Shown here: piece by piece, positions 38,148-48,168 of the stretch
Layout of the letters: every line of letters begins with the position of its first letter
How positions within the stretch are numbered: position 1 is the stretch's first letter
Assembly (NCBI GenBank): GCA_031406795.1
Contig: JANOHV010000244.1
Coordinates: 1-49,592 of the forward strand
Source of the DNA: Candidatus Rokuibacteriota bacterium
GTDB taxonomy: Bacteria > JAUVQV01 > DATDCY01
Direction: 5' to 3'
DNA length: 49,592 nucleotides
Notes under the pieces: generated by a model
Seen by the model: the letters and a program-made list of their open reading frames with translations, nothing else
Databases searched by the model: none
What the model was told of the DNA's origin: nothing
Program-made: the position numbers and the translations under genes

Positions 38148-39383
38148 ATGAATAAGAGATTTCTGGTGTCGGGTGTGGCAGCGGCGGCCGTCCTCGCGCT
38201 GTTGGCCGGGTGCGGAGCCGGGGATGGCGGGCACGGCACGGGAACGAAAGAGGCTGCTCCGATCGTCGTCTCCGGGGTGCAACTCGCCGAAGTCGCCAGA
38301 GAAGCGGTGCCGCAGGTGCGCGAGCTGGCCGGCGGCGTGCAGGCGACGGTGGTGAGCCGGGTCTCCTCGCGGATCATGGCGCAGGTGCTCGCCGTGACGG
38401 CAGCCGAGGGCGATGTGGTCGGGAAGGGCCAGCTGCTCCTCAGGCTCGATGACCGGGAGCTGCGGGCGAAGGTGCTCCAGGCGGAAGCCGGGTTGCGCCA
38501 GACAGAAGCCGGCTTGCAGCAAGCGGCTGCCGGGAAACGTCAGGCGGAAGCGGGACTGCGCCAGGCCGAAGCGCAGCGCGAGTTGGCGACGGCGACCCAC
38601 GAGCGATTCCGGGCGCTGCTTGCGGAAAAGGCGGTCTCCCGACAGGAGTACGAGCAGGTTGCCGCCCAGGAGCGCGTGGCAGCCGGGGCGGTCGCCCAGG
38701 CCGAAGGCGCGATCGCCCAGGCCGGAGGCGGCGAGGTGCAGGCCGAAAGCGCGGTCGCGCAGGCTGCGAGCGCCGTCGAGGAGGCGCGCACCTGGCTCGC
38801 CTTCGCCGAGGTTCGCGCGCCGGCCGCGGGCCGTGTAATCGCCAGGAACATCGATGCCGGATCGATGGCCAATCCGGGGGCGCCGTTGTTCTCGATCGAA
38901 CAGGAGGGGCACCTGCGCCTGGAGCTGCCGGTGGACAGCGCGCTCTCGGGATCGGTGGTGCGTGGCACGCCGCTGGCGGTGAGCATCGAGGCGGCGGGGT
39001 TCACGGGCACGGTGCCGGTGACCGAGGTCGTTGCCGCGGGCGATCCGGTGTCGCGGACCTTCCTTGTCAGGGCCGACCTGCCGGTGAGCCCGGGGCTGCG
39101 TTCGGGGCAATACGCGCGGGTGACGCTCGCGCTCGGCGCGCGCGACGCGGTGACGGTCCCCGAGACGGCCCTCGTGCGCCGCGGCCAGCTCGACGGCGTC
39201 TTCGTGGTCGAAACCGGGGAGCGCCTCGCCTACCGCATCGTGCAGACGGGCCGCGAAACGGCGCCGGGCCGCCGTGAAATCCTCTCGGGGCTCTCGGCCG
39301 GCGAGCGCATCGCCGTCGGCGGTCTCGAGCGCGTCAGCGACGGCGTTCGCGTCGCGCGCGCAATGGAGGAGGCGATCCGATGA
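38148..39383 (+). CDS. RND periplasmic adaptor (lipoprotein)
   Basis: GAGGAG SD, LAGC lipobox, EGDVVGKGQLL, VRAPAAGRV, DPVSRTF. Confidence 0.92.
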   Translation: MNKRFLVSGVAAAAVLALLAGCGAGDGGHGTGTKEAAPIVVSGVQLAEVAREAVPQVRELAGGVQATVVSRVSSRIMAQVLAVTAAEGDVVGKGQLLLRLDDRELRAKVLQAEAGLRQTEAGLQQAAAGKRQAEAGLRQAEAQRELATATHERFRALLAEKAVSRQEYEQVAAQERVAAGAVAQAEGAIAQAGGGEVQAESAVAQAASAVEEARTWLAFAEVRAPAAGRVIARNIDAGSMANPGAPLFSIEQEGHLRLELPVDSALSGSVVRGTPLAVSIEAAGFTGTVPVTEVVAAGDPVSRTFLVRADLPVSPGLRSGQYARVTLALGARDAVTVPETALVRRGQLDGVFVVETGERLAYRIVQTGRETAPGRREILSGLSAGERIAVGGLERVSDGVRVARAMEEAIR

Positions 39384-42300
39384 AGGAGACGGTCGGAATC
39401 TCGGGGCGCATCGCCCGCGCCTTTCTCACCTCGAAGCTGACGCCGATCCTCGTTCTCGCCTCCCTGCTGCTCGGGGCGCTCGCGGTCGCGATCACCTCCC
39501 GCGAGGAGGAGCCGCAGATCGTCGTGCCGATGATGGACATCTTCGTGGCCTACCCCGGCGCCACCGCGCACGAAGTCGAGGAGCGCGTCACCAAACCGAT
39601 GGAGCGCAAGCTCTGGGAGATCGACGGCGTGGAGTACGTCTACTCGATCACCCGCCCCGGGATGTCGATGGCGATCGTGCGCTACCGCGTCGGCGAGGAC
39701 CAGGAGAAGAGCATCGTCAAGCTCTACAACAAACTGATGGCGAACGCGGACATCATCCCCGCGGGGGTGATGCAGCCGCTGGTGAAGCCGCGCTCGATCG
39801 ACGATGTCCCGACGCTCGCCGTCACCCTGTGGTCCGGGCGGCTCTCCGCTTACGAGCTGCGGCGCATCGCCGTCGAGGCCGTCGAGGAAGTCAACAGCAT
39901 CAACGAGGTCTCGGAAACCACGATCATCGGCGGCGAACGACGCCAGGTGCGCGTCGTGCTCGACGCGGCGCGCCTGCGGGGCAGCGGTCTTTCGGCACTG
40001 CAGGTGCTCGGCGCGCTGCGCGCCGCGAACGTCCTGCTGCCATCCGGCAGCGTGAACGAAGACGGGCGGGAGACCCTGGTCGAGACCGGGAGCTTCCTGC
40101 GCAGCAGCGAGGAGGTCGGCGGCGTCGTGGCGGGTGTCTTCCAGGGGCGCCCGGTCTACCTGCGGGACGTCGCGCAGATCGAGGACGGCCCGGCCGAACC
40201 CTCGTCGTACGTGCTCATGGGTCTCGGGCCCGGCGCCGAGAACGTTGCGGCGGCCGTGAACCGCTCCCGGGAGTACCCGGCAGTCACGATCGCGATCGCC
40301 AAGAAGGCCGGGACCAACGCGAGCACCGTCTCGGCCACGGCGCTGCGCCGTATCGAAGGGCTGCGCGGAACGGTCATCCCGAAGGATGTCGAACTGACCG
40401 TGACGCGCAACTACGGCGAGACCGCGCAGGAGAAGTCGGACGAACTGCTCAAGCACATGCTGCTCGCGACGGTCTCCGTGATCATTCTCGTGGTGTTCGC
40501 CCTCGGCTGGCGCGAGGCGGTCGTCGTGGCGGTCGCCGTGCCGGTGACGCTCGCGCTGACGCTGCTGATCAACTATCTCTACGGCTACACGCTCAATCGG
40601 GTGACGCTCTTCGCGCTGATCTTCTCGATCGGGATCCTTGTCGACGACGCGATCGTGGTCGTCGAGAATATCCACCGCCACTTCAAGAAGATCGGCGGCG
40701 GCTCGCGCTCGAAGCTCGCGGCGATCCTCGCGGTGGACGAGGTGGGCAACCCGACGATCCTCGCGACCTTTACCGTCATCGCGGCGCTGATGCCGCTGGC
40801 GTTCGTGCGCGGGCTGATGGGCCCGTACATGCGGCCGATCCCGGTCGGCGCGGCGGCGGCGATGGTGTTCTCGCTGCTGGTCGCCTTCATCGTCACCCCC
40901 TGGCTCGGCTACCTGCTGCTGCGCCGCGTCGGCGAAGGGCAGGGGCACGAGGAGCAGCAGAAGCGGGGGATGGAACGCTGGTATGGCGCTCTACTGCGTC
41001 CGCTGCTCCAGAGCCGCACCAAGCGGCTGGCCGCGCTCGGCGGCGTGGTGATCCTGCTCGCCGGGGCGGTGGCGCTGATCCCGCTCAGGAAGGTCACCGT
41101 CAAGATGCTGCCATTCGATAACAAGAGCGAGCTGCAGGTGGTCATCGACCTGCCCGAGGGCACGCCGCTCCAGCAGACGGTGCGTGTCGGCACCGAGATC
41201 GGCCGCTACCTGGCCACGGTGCCGGAGGTCGCGAACTGGCAGCTTTACGCCGGCGCGGCCTCCCCGTACAACTTCAACGGCCTGGTCCGCCACTACTTTC
41301 TGCGCTCGGCGCCCCACGAGGCCGACGTGCAGCTCAATCTCGTGCCGAAAGGCGAACGCAAGGCCCAGAGCCACGACATCGCCAAGCGCATCCGCGCCGG
41401 GGTCGACGCCATCGGCCGGCGCCATGGCGCGCGCGTCAAGATCGCCGAGATCCCGCCGGGCCCGCCCGTGCTCTCGACGCTCGTGGCCGAGATCTACGGG
41501 CCGGATCCCGTGCGGCGCCGCGAGATCGCCCGGCAGATCCGCGGCATCTTCGAAGGGACGGATGGCGTCGTTGACGTCGACTGGTTCGTCGAGGACGACC
41601 AGGAGAAGGTCACCTTCGAAGTCGACCGCACGAAGGCCGCGCTCAGCGGCATCTCGGCGGAACAGGTCTCGCAATCGCTCGCGGTGGCGCTCGGCGGGCT
41701 CTCGGCCGGTCAGGTGCACCTGCCGCGGGAAAAGGAGCCGGTCGAGCTCGTGCTCCGACTGCCGGTTGCCGGCCGCGCCGGTCTCGAATCGCTGGCGGGG
41801 GTCACGGTCCCCTCGCCGACCGGCGCGCAGGTGTCGCTGGCCGAACTGGTGGCGGTGCGCCGCGGCCTCGAGGAAAAGACGATCTACCACAAGAACCTTC
41901 AGCCCGTGGACTACGTTGTCGGCGATGTCGCCGGCAGCGCCGAGAGCCCGGTCTACGCCATACTCGCGATGAAGAAGAAGATCATGGGGCTCAAGCTCCC
42001 CGAGGGCTACGAGCTGCAGCAGTTCTCCGCGCAGATGCCTGAGCGTACCGACCGCTATGCGATGAAGTGGGACGGCGAGTGGCAGATCACCTACGAGGTC
42101 TTCCGCGACATGGGCCTGGCCTTCGCGGCGGTGCTCGTGCTGATCTACATTCTCGTGGTCGCCTGGTTCCGCAGCTTCGTGGTGCCGCTGGTGATCATGG
42201 CGCCGATCCCGCTGACGCTCGTCGGCATCCTCCCCGGCCACTGGGCGCTCGGGGCGTTCTTCACGGCGACCTCGATGATCGGTTTTATCGCGCTTGCCGG

Positions 42301-42589
42301 CATTGTCGTGCGCAATTCGATTCTGCTGGTCGATTTCGCGCAGTCCGAGCAGCGCGAGACCGGGGATTTGAAGGAGGCGCTGGTGCAGGCGGGAGCCGTG
42401 CGCTTCCGCCCGATCGCCCTGACGGCGGCGGCGGTGGTCGTGGCCTCCCTGGTGATGCTCTTCGACCCGATCTTTCAGGGACTGGCGATTTCGATGATGT
42501 TCGGCGCCGTCGGGGCGACGGCGTTGACGCTGATCGCCGTACCGCTCCTCTACCTCGAACTCGTCCGCCCTGCCCGTGACGGGGGTTGA
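39380..42589 (+). CDS. RND efflux permease (AcrB/CzcA superfamily)
   Basis: REEEPQI, GILVDDAIVVVENI, KMLPFDNKSE, VRNSILLVDF, VRFRPI. Confidence 0.94.
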   Translation: MKETVGISGRIARAFLTSKLTPILVLASLLLGALAVAITSREEEPQIVVPMMDIFVAYPGATAHEVEERVTKPMERKLWEIDGVEYVYSITRPGMSMAIVRYRVGEDQEKSIVKLYNKLMANADIIPAGVMQPLVKPRSIDDVPTLAVTLWSGRLSAYELRRIAVEAVEEVNSINEVSETTIIGGERRQVRVVLDAARLRGSGLSALQVLGALRAANVLLPSGSVNEDGRETLVETGSFLRSSEEVGGVVAGVFQGRPVYLRDVAQIEDGPAEPSSYVLMGLGPGAENVAAAVNRSREYPAVTIAIAKKAGTNASTVSATALRRIEGLRGTVIPKDVELTVTRNYGETAQEKSDELLKHMLLATVSVIILVVFALGWREAVVVAVAVPVTLALTLLINYLYGYTLNRVTLFALIFSIGILVDDAIVVVENIHRHFKKIGGGSRSKLAAILAVDEVGNPTILATFTVIAALMPLAFVRGLMGPYMRPIPVGAAAAMVFSLLVAFIVTPWLGYLLLRRVGEGQGHEEQQKRGMERWYGALLRPLLQSRTKRLAALGGVVILLAGAVALIPLRKVTVKMLPFDNKSELQVVIDLPEGTPLQQTVRVGTEIGRYLATVPEVANWQLYAGAASPYNFNGLVRHYFLRSAPHEADVQLNLVPKGERKAQSHDIAKRIRAGVDAIGRRHGARVKIAEIPPGPPVLSTLVAEIYGPDPVRRREIARQIRGIFEGTDGVVDVDWFVEDDQEKVTFEVDRTKAALSGISAEQVSQSLAVALGGLSAGQVHLPREKEPVELVLRLPVAGRAGLESLAGVTVPSPTGAQVSLAELVAVRRGLEEKTIYHKNLQPVDYVVGDVAGSAESPVYAILAMKKKIMGLKLPEGYELQQFSAQMPERTDRYAMKWDGEWQITYEVFRDMGLAFAAVLVLIYILVVAWFRSFVVPLVIMAPIPLTLVGILPGHWALGAFFTATSMIGFIALAGIVVRNSILLVDFAQSEQRETGDLKEALVQAGAVRFRPIALTAAAVVVASLVMLFDPIFQGLAISMMFGAVGATALTLIAVPLLYLELVRPARDGG

Positions 42590-42767
42590 AAAGGGCCCAT
42601 CTGCGGCGTGGGAGGGGGTGAACCCCTCCCCTACGAAGGACCTGGATCCGTCAGGTAGGTGAACCCCTCCCCTACGAAGGATCTGAATCCGTCAGGTAGG
42701 TAGGGGCGGGGTTGATCCCCGCCCGGCATCCGCTTGGCGGGCGCCTTGCAGCTGAGCCCTTTTGAAC
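42585..42767. mobile_element. MITE-like element containing nested GTAG REPs
   Basis: 20-bp imperfect terminal inverted repeats (42585-42604, 42748-42767; 17/20); REPs at 42610-42724; partial second copy from 42781. Confidence 0.7.
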
Positions 42768-42928
42768 CTCCTCCCCGCTACCGTGACGGGGGTTGAAAAG
42801 GGCCCATCTGCGACGTTGCGTTTCTCCCGGCTCCCTGCGGCGTTTTGCTCGTACGCCTCAGTCACCGACGATCGGTTATACTATAATAATCACATAGCTG
42901 ACAATTTCACTTTGGAGGAGACCGCCAG

Positions 42929-43408
42929 ATGCGCAAGATGCTGCTCGGCATTAACGACAAGAATTGCTCCCTGCGCGCGGTGTCCTACGTGATGAAGCAA
43001 TACCCGCACGCGCAGGAACTCGAGGTGACTCTCGTGCACGTCTTCCCGAACTTGCCGGCAATGTACTGGGACGACGGGCACCTGCTGAACAGCAAAGAGA
43101 AGCAGGAGCGCAAGAAGGTGATTGAGACCTGGATGTCGAGGGAGCGGGACTTCATCGAGCCGATCATCGAGGGGGCGATGAACGAGCTGGTCAAGAAAGG
43201 CTTCGCCAAAGAGCGGGTCCACATGAGGTTCGTCCTCGGTTCGGCCGACATCGCCGATACCCTGCTCGACGAGGCGGCCGAGGGAAAGTACGACACCATT
43301 GTCGTCGGCCGCTGCGGTATCGCCGACGGCAAGCATCTTATCTCGGGGGGCATCGTCAGCGAGCTCATTCACAAGGCCGCCGGGATCGCCGTCTGCGTCG
43401 TTCAGTAA
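42929..43408 (+). CDS. Universal stress protein
   Basis: KMLLGI, VTLVHV, IADTLLDEA, DTIVVGRCG, GIVSELI; GGAGG SD and TATAAT at 42882-42887. Confidence 0.88.
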   Translation: MRKMLLGINDKNCSLRAVSYVMKQYPHAQELEVTLVHVFPNLPAMYWDDGHLLNSKEKQERKKVIETWMSRERDFIEPIIEGAMNELVKKGFAKERVHMRFVLGSADIADTLLDEAAEGKYDTIVVGRCGIADGKHLISGGIVSELIHKAAGIAVCVVQ

Positions 43409-43498
43409 GCCCGCACGGCGTCGAGGATGCCGCAGGCCTCGAGAGGCTGATTCGCGTTGCGCGCCGGGCGCCGCCGGAAGGAGTATCATAGCGACGTC

Positions 43499-45322
43499 AT
43501 GACTGCGCCGAACCGTCTGGCCCGTGAGAAGAGCCCGTACCTGCTCTCGCACGCCCGCAATCCGGTCGACTGGTACCCGTGGGGCGAGGAGGCCTTCGCG
43601 GCGGCGCGCGAGCGCAACGTGCCGCTGTTCGTCTCGATCGGCTACTCCGCGTGCCACTGGTGCCACGTGATGGAGCGCGAGAGCTTCGAGGATGCGGACG
43701 TGGCCCGCCTGATGAACGAGAACCTCGTCGCGGTGAAGGTCGACCGCGAGGAGTTGCCGGCCGTCGACCACCTTTTCATGGCGTACTGCCAGGGGATGAC
43801 CGGCAGCGGCGGCTGGCCGCTGTCGGTGGTTCTGACCCCGGCGGGCCAGCCCTTCTTCGCGGGCACCTATTTCCCGAAGGAGTCGGGGTTCGGGCGGCCG
43901 GGCATGATGGAGCTGGCGCCGCTGCTCGGCCGCCTCTGGCGCGACGAGCGCGAAAAAGTGCTCGGCACGGCCGGGCAGCTGGAACGCGCGCTCGCGGAGC
44001 AGGTCCGGCCGGCGGCCGGAGCGCTCCCGGGGCAGGATGTCATCGACCGGGTGAAGGGTGAACTGGCCCGCCTCTACGATTCGCGCTGGGGCGGGTTCGG
44101 CAAGGCGCCCAAATTCCCGACCGTTCCGTGGCTGCTCTTCTTGCTGCGCTACGCCGAGAAGCACGGGGGGGGAGGGCGCGCCCGCGTCATGGTCGAAGAG
44201 ACGCTGCGCGCGCTGCGGCTCGGCGGCATCTTCGATCAGATCGGCTCCGGCTTCCACCGTTATTCGACGGACGAAGGCTGGCTCGTGCCGCACTTCGAGA
44301 AGATGCTCTACGACCAGGCGCTGCTTGCGCTGGCCTACACCGAGGCGTTCAGGCTCTGGGGGGATGCCGCGTTTCGCACCGTGGCGGAGGAGATTCTCAC
44401 GTACGTGCTGCGCGATCTGCGGGCGCCGGACGGCGGATTCGCCGCGGCGGAGGACGCCGACAGCGAAGGCGAGGAGGGGCGGTTCTACCTCTGGCGTCTC
44501 GACGAAGTGACGGCGCTGGTCGGCACGGGCGCGGCCGAGGAGTTCGCGGCCGCTTTTCACCTGAAGGCGAACGGCAACTTCACCGGCGAAACCGGCGAGC
44601 GATCGGACCGCAACATCCCGCACCGGCTCTCGCCGCTGGCGATCAGTGCGGCCGACTTCACCCTTCCGGCCGGCGGCCTGCCGCCGTCGCTGGAGGAGGC
44701 CCGCACCGCGCTGCTGGCGGCGCGGGAGAAACGCGTTCGCCCGCACCGCGACGACAAGGTGCTCGCGGACTGGAACGGGCTGATGATCGCGGCGCTCGCA
44801 AAAGCAGCCGCAGTTTTCGTCGAGCCGGCCTATGCACGAGAGGCCGCATGCGCGGCCGAATTCGTGCTGTCGAAGCTGCGCGACGCGGAGGGGAATCTTC
44901 TCCATCGCTACCGCGAGGGCGAGGCGGCATTTGCGGCGGTAGTCGACGACTACGCGGACCTCGCCTGGGGTTGTCTTGAGCTTCACGGCGCAACAGGCGA
45001 ACAGCGCTGGCTGGACGAGGCGCGGCAGCTCCTTGCCGCCATGGACGTCAGCTTCGGCGACGGGGCGGGCGGGCTCTTCTTCTCGTCCCCGGACCCGCTG
45101 CTGCCGCTGCGGCAGATGATCGGCATGGACGCCGCGCTCCCGGCGGGCGCGGCCGTCGCCGCCGAAGTGCTCGCGCGGCTCGGCACGGCGACGGGCGAGC
45201 CCCGGTACCGGGAGCGGGCACGCGAGATCGTCCGGGCCCTCGCCGGAGACCTCGAGCGCGCCCCGCTCGGGTGCTGCCAGTTGCTGGCGGCGGCGATGCT
45301 GCTCGAGGAGGAGCCCGCGTGA
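43499..45322 (+). CDS. YyaL/SPATA20-like thioredoxin-domain protein (DUF255)
   Basis: [58 protein letters not shown]. Confidence 0.94.
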   Translation: MTAPNRLAREKSPYLLSHARNPVDWYPWGEEAFAAARERNVPLFVSIGYSACHWCHVMERESFEDADVARLMNENLVAVKVDREELPAVDHLFMAYCQGMTGSGGWPLSVVLTPAGQPFFAGTYFPKESGFGRPGMMELAPLLGRLWRDEREKVLGTAGQLERALAEQVRPAAGALPGQDVIDRVKGELARLYDSRWGGFGKAPKFPTVPWLLFLLRYAEKHGGGGRARVMVEETLRALRLGGIFDQIGSGFHRYSTDEGWLVPHFEKMLYDQALLALAYTEAFRLWGDAAFRTVAEEILTYVLRDLRAPDGGFAAAEDADSEGEEGRFYLWRLDEVTALVGTGAAEEFAAAFHLKANGNFTGETGERSDRNIPHRLSPLAISAADFTLPAGGLPPSLEEARTALLAAREKRVRPHRDDKVLADWNGLMIAALAKAAAVFVEPAYAREAACAAEFVLSKLRDAEGNLLHRYREGEAAFAAVVDDYADLAWGCLELHGATGEQRWLDEARQLLAAMDVSFGDGAGGLFFSSPDPLLPLRQMIGMDAALPAGAAVAAEVLARLGTATGEPRYRERAREIVRALAGDLERAPLGCCQLLAAAMLLEEEPA

Positions 45323-46140
45323 CCGGGGGGCGCGGCGGGGTGGTGACCAGCGCGAGCGGCGATCCGGGGGCGCTCCGCCGCATCAGGACACCGACGTTCG
45401 AGCGGTGCCTGCGGGCGCTGGCTGTCGCCCTCGGGCCCGCGGTCATCGCGGCGGCCATCCTTCTGACCCCGGTGGTTCTTCGCGCCGCCGAGGGCGACGT
45501 TCTGCTGCGCGAGGAGTTCACGAGCCTGGAGGCCTGGCGACCGCTGACCTTCCCGAAGATCGAGCGGCACTCGACGTACGCCATCGCCGCGAACTCCGAT
45601 CAGTCCGAGTTCTGGCTCAAGGCCGCGAGTGACCGCTCCGCCTCCGGGATCGTCTGGAAGAAGCAGTACGATGTCTACGCCTACCCGAAGCTGCGCTGGC
45701 GCTGGCGGGTCGAGAATGTCTATCAGAAGGGCGACGCGACGAAGAAGTCCGGGGACGACTACCCGGTCAGAATCTACGTCATTTTCCAGTACGATCCCGC
45801 GACCGCGTCGGCTGGGAAACGCCTGAAATACGGGCTCTACAAAGCCGCGAACGGGGAGTACCCCCCCGACAGCGGCCTGAACTACGTCTGGGAGAGCCGC
45901 GCGAGCGCGTCGGAGTACGTCGTCAGCAGGTACACGGACTCGATGATGATGTTTCTCAAGGAACAGGGAGCGGCGAAAGTCGGCGAGTGGGTGGAAGAAC
46001 AGGCCGATGTCCTCGCCGACTACCGCAAGGCCTTCGGCAAGGACCCGCCGCGCAGCGCCAGCCTTGCGGTGATGAACGATTCGGACAACACCGGCGAAAA
46101 GAGCGTTTCCTTCATCGACTGGGTGGAGATCGCCCGATAA
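45319..46140 (+). CDS. DUF3047-family exported protein
   Basis: [39 protein letters not shown]; start uncertain (GTGA overlap chosen). Confidence 0.85.
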   Translation: MTGGRGGVVTSASGDPGALRRIRTPTFERCLRALAVALGPAVIAAAILLTPVVLRAAEGDVLLREEFTSLEAWRPLTFPKIERHSTYAIAANSDQSEFWLKAASDRSASGIVWKKQYDVYAYPKLRWRWRVENVYQKGDATKKSGDDYPVRIYVIFQYDPATASAGKRLKYGLYKAANGEYPPDSGLNYVWESRASASEYVVSRYTDSMMMFLKEQGAAKVGEWVEEQADVLADYRKAFGKDPPRSASLAVMNDSDNTGEKSVSFIDWVEIAR

Positions 46141-46178
46141 GCAAGAGCTTTGGAATATCCGGAGCGGCAAAAACAAGC

Positions 46179-47039
46179 ATGGCTGATGGCCAGATCGAGC
46201 CCCCCGCCTGGGACCTCGTCATCCGTCCCCGGCGGCGGTGGTTCGATGTGCGCCTGCGCGAACTGTGGCAGGCGCGCGACCTGGTCATGCTTTTCGTCTG
46301 GCGCGACTTCGTCTCGGTCTACAAGCAGACGATCCTCGGGCCGCTCTGGTACCTGATCCAGCCGCTGCTCACCACGCTGACCTTCACGATCGTTTTCGGG
46401 CAGGTTGCGAAATTGTCCACGGACGGCCTGCCGCCGTTCCTGTTCTACATGGCCGGCACCCTGATCTGGAGCTATTTCGCGGCCTGCCTGACCAAAACCT
46501 CCGCCACCTTCGGCGGCAACGTCGCCCTGTTTGGGAAGGTCTATTTTGCCCGACTGGCGGTGCCGGTCTCCGTGCTGATTTCCAATCTCGTCACCTTCGC
46601 GATCCAGTTCGCGCTGTTCCTGGCATTCGTCGCCTATTTCTCCGCGCGCGGCGCGGCGATCCACCCCAACGCCTGGGTGCTGATGACGCCGGTGCTGGTC
46701 CTGATGATGGCCGGGCTCGGCCTGGGCTTCGGCATCATCGTCTCGTCGCTGACGACGAAGTACCGGGACCTGAGCTTCCTGGTGACGTTCGGCGTGCAGC
46801 TGCTGATGTTCGCCACGCCCGTCATCTACCCGGTGTCGGCCGTCCCGGAGCGGTTTCGCGGGCTGCTGCTGGCCAACCCGATGACGCCGATCGTCGAGAC
46901 CTTCCGGTACGCGTTCCTCGGGGCGGGGACGGTCGAGGTGCCGCATCTGCTGTACAGCTTCGTGTTCATGCTCGTGGTGCTGTCCGCCGGGACTGTGATC
47001 TTCAGCCACGTCGAGCAGACGTTCATGGACACGGTGTAG
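46179..47039 (+). CDS. wzm: Second ABC-2 polysaccharide export permease
   Basis: RDFVSVYKQTILGPLW, KVYFARL, KYRDL, FATPVIYP, FMDTV. Confidence 0.93.
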   Translation: MADGQIEPPAWDLVIRPRRRWFDVRLRELWQARDLVMLFVWRDFVSVYKQTILGPLWYLIQPLLTTLTFTIVFGQVAKLSTDGLPPFLFYMAGTLIWSYFAACLTKTSATFGGNVALFGKVYFARLAVPVSVLISNLVTFAIQFALFLAFVAYFSARGAAIHPNAWVLMTPVLVLMMAGLGLGFGIIVSSLTTKYRDLSFLVTFGVQLLMFATPVIYPVSAVPERFRGLLLANPMTPIVETFRYAFLGAGTVEVPHLLYSFVFMLVVLSAGTVIFSHVEQTFMDTV

Positions 47040-47060
47040 GCGCGAGCCGGGAACGAATCG

Positions 47061-47855
47061 ATGAGCGACACGGTCATCCAGGTCGAGCGTCTCTCCAAGC
47101 GCTACCGCCTGGGAACGATCGGCACGGGGACCCTCTCGCACGATCTGAACCGCTGGTGGGCGCGCGTTCGCGGCAGGCCGGACCCCGCGGCGAAGATCGG
47201 CCAGGGCCGGAAGGCGGATGACGAGGATTTCGTCTGGGCTCTGCGCGACGTCTCCTTCGAAGTCAACCGCGGCGAGGTGCTCGGCATCATCGGCCGCAAC
47301 GGCGCTGGCAAGAGCACGCTGCTGAAGATACTCTCTCGCGTGACGGCGCCGACCGCCGGGGAGGTCCGCATCCGGGGCCGCATCGCCAGCCTGCTCGAAG
47401 TGGGCACCGGGTTCCACCCCGAACTCACCGGCCGCGAAAATATCTTTCTCAACGGCGCGATTCTCGGCATGAACAAGGCGGAAATCCTCAGGAAGTTTGA
47501 CGAAATCGTCGCCTTCTCCGAGGTCGAGAAATTCATCGACACGCCGGTCAAGCGCTATTCCAGCGGCATGTACGTGCGTCTGGCGTTCGCCGTTGCGGCG
47601 CACCTGGAGCCGGAAATCCTGATCGTCGACGAGGTGCTGGCCGTGGGGGACGCCGAGTTCCAGAAGAAGTGCCTCGGGAAAATGGGCGAAGCCGCGGGCC
47701 GGGGGCGCACCGTGCTGTTCGTCAGCCACAACATGCACGCCATCAGCGAGCTGTGCACGCGCGTGATCCTCATGGAAGGGGGGAGGATAGTCAGTCCATC
47801 GAGCCCGGATTCGTCAGGCCCCCCCGCGGGGAGACGTCACCTGGCAGCGGTCTGA
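47061..47855 (+). CDS. wzt: Second polysaccharide ABC ATPase, C-terminus apparently truncated
   Basis: GRNGAGKS, YSSGMYVRLAF, LIVDE, VSHN; family-like sequence stops at MEGGRIV (about 47790). Confidence 0.85.
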   Translation: MSDTVIQVERLSKRYRLGTIGTGTLSHDLNRWWARVRGRPDPAAKIGQGRKADDEDFVWALRDVSFEVNRGEVLGIIGRNGAGKSTLLKILSRVTAPTAGEVRIRGRIASLLEVGTGFHPELTGRENIFLNGAILGMNKAEILRKFDEIVAFSEVEKFIDTPVKRYSSGMYVRLAFAVAAHLEPEILIVDEVLAVGDAEFQKKCLGKMGEAAGRGRTVLFVSHNMHAISELCTRVILMEGGRIVSPSSPDSSGPPAGRRHLAAV

Positions 47856-47897
47856 ACCGCGTCCCGGAGGGCCGGAGAAATTCTGCCGGGTTCGTCG

Positions 47898-48029
47898 TCA
47901 GCCGTCGAGCGCGGCGGGCGTCTGCTTGCGGATGCAGAAGTTCAGTCCCCAGATCCACGTCGGGTCGCTTTCCTGCGCCTGGTTGCCGAAGTCGAGGAGG
48001 CTCAAGTCCCCGCAGATCACCCGCTGGCA
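47898..48029 (-). pseudogene. Probable internal GT2 glycosyltransferase fragment
   Basis: CQRVICGDLSLLDFGNQAQESDPTWIWGLNFCIRKQTPAALDG* resembles the GT2 segment GxNFxIRK preceding GGF. Confidence 0.55.
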
Positions 48030-48168
48030 GGCAGCTGAAAAATGGTCAAGGAACGTCATTGCGAGCGCAGCGAAGCAATCTGATCACTTGAAAACGCCTT
48101 GTATTCATCAGATTGCCGCTTCGCTTCGCTCCTCGCAATGACAGCATTCAGGGTTCTTCAGCATCCTG
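48028..48168. mobile_element. MITE-like element containing a CGTC-type palindrome
   Basis: Ends CAGGCAGCTGAAAAA / TTCTTCAGCATCCTG (12/15), flanks CTGG and CTAG; internal gtcattgcgag (48055) ... ctcgcaatgac (48142). Confidence 0.7.

Noticed and set aside
42617..42698. 41-bp duplication as mini-CRISPR
   Set aside because: Two contiguous copies without a unique spacer; explained by REP duplication
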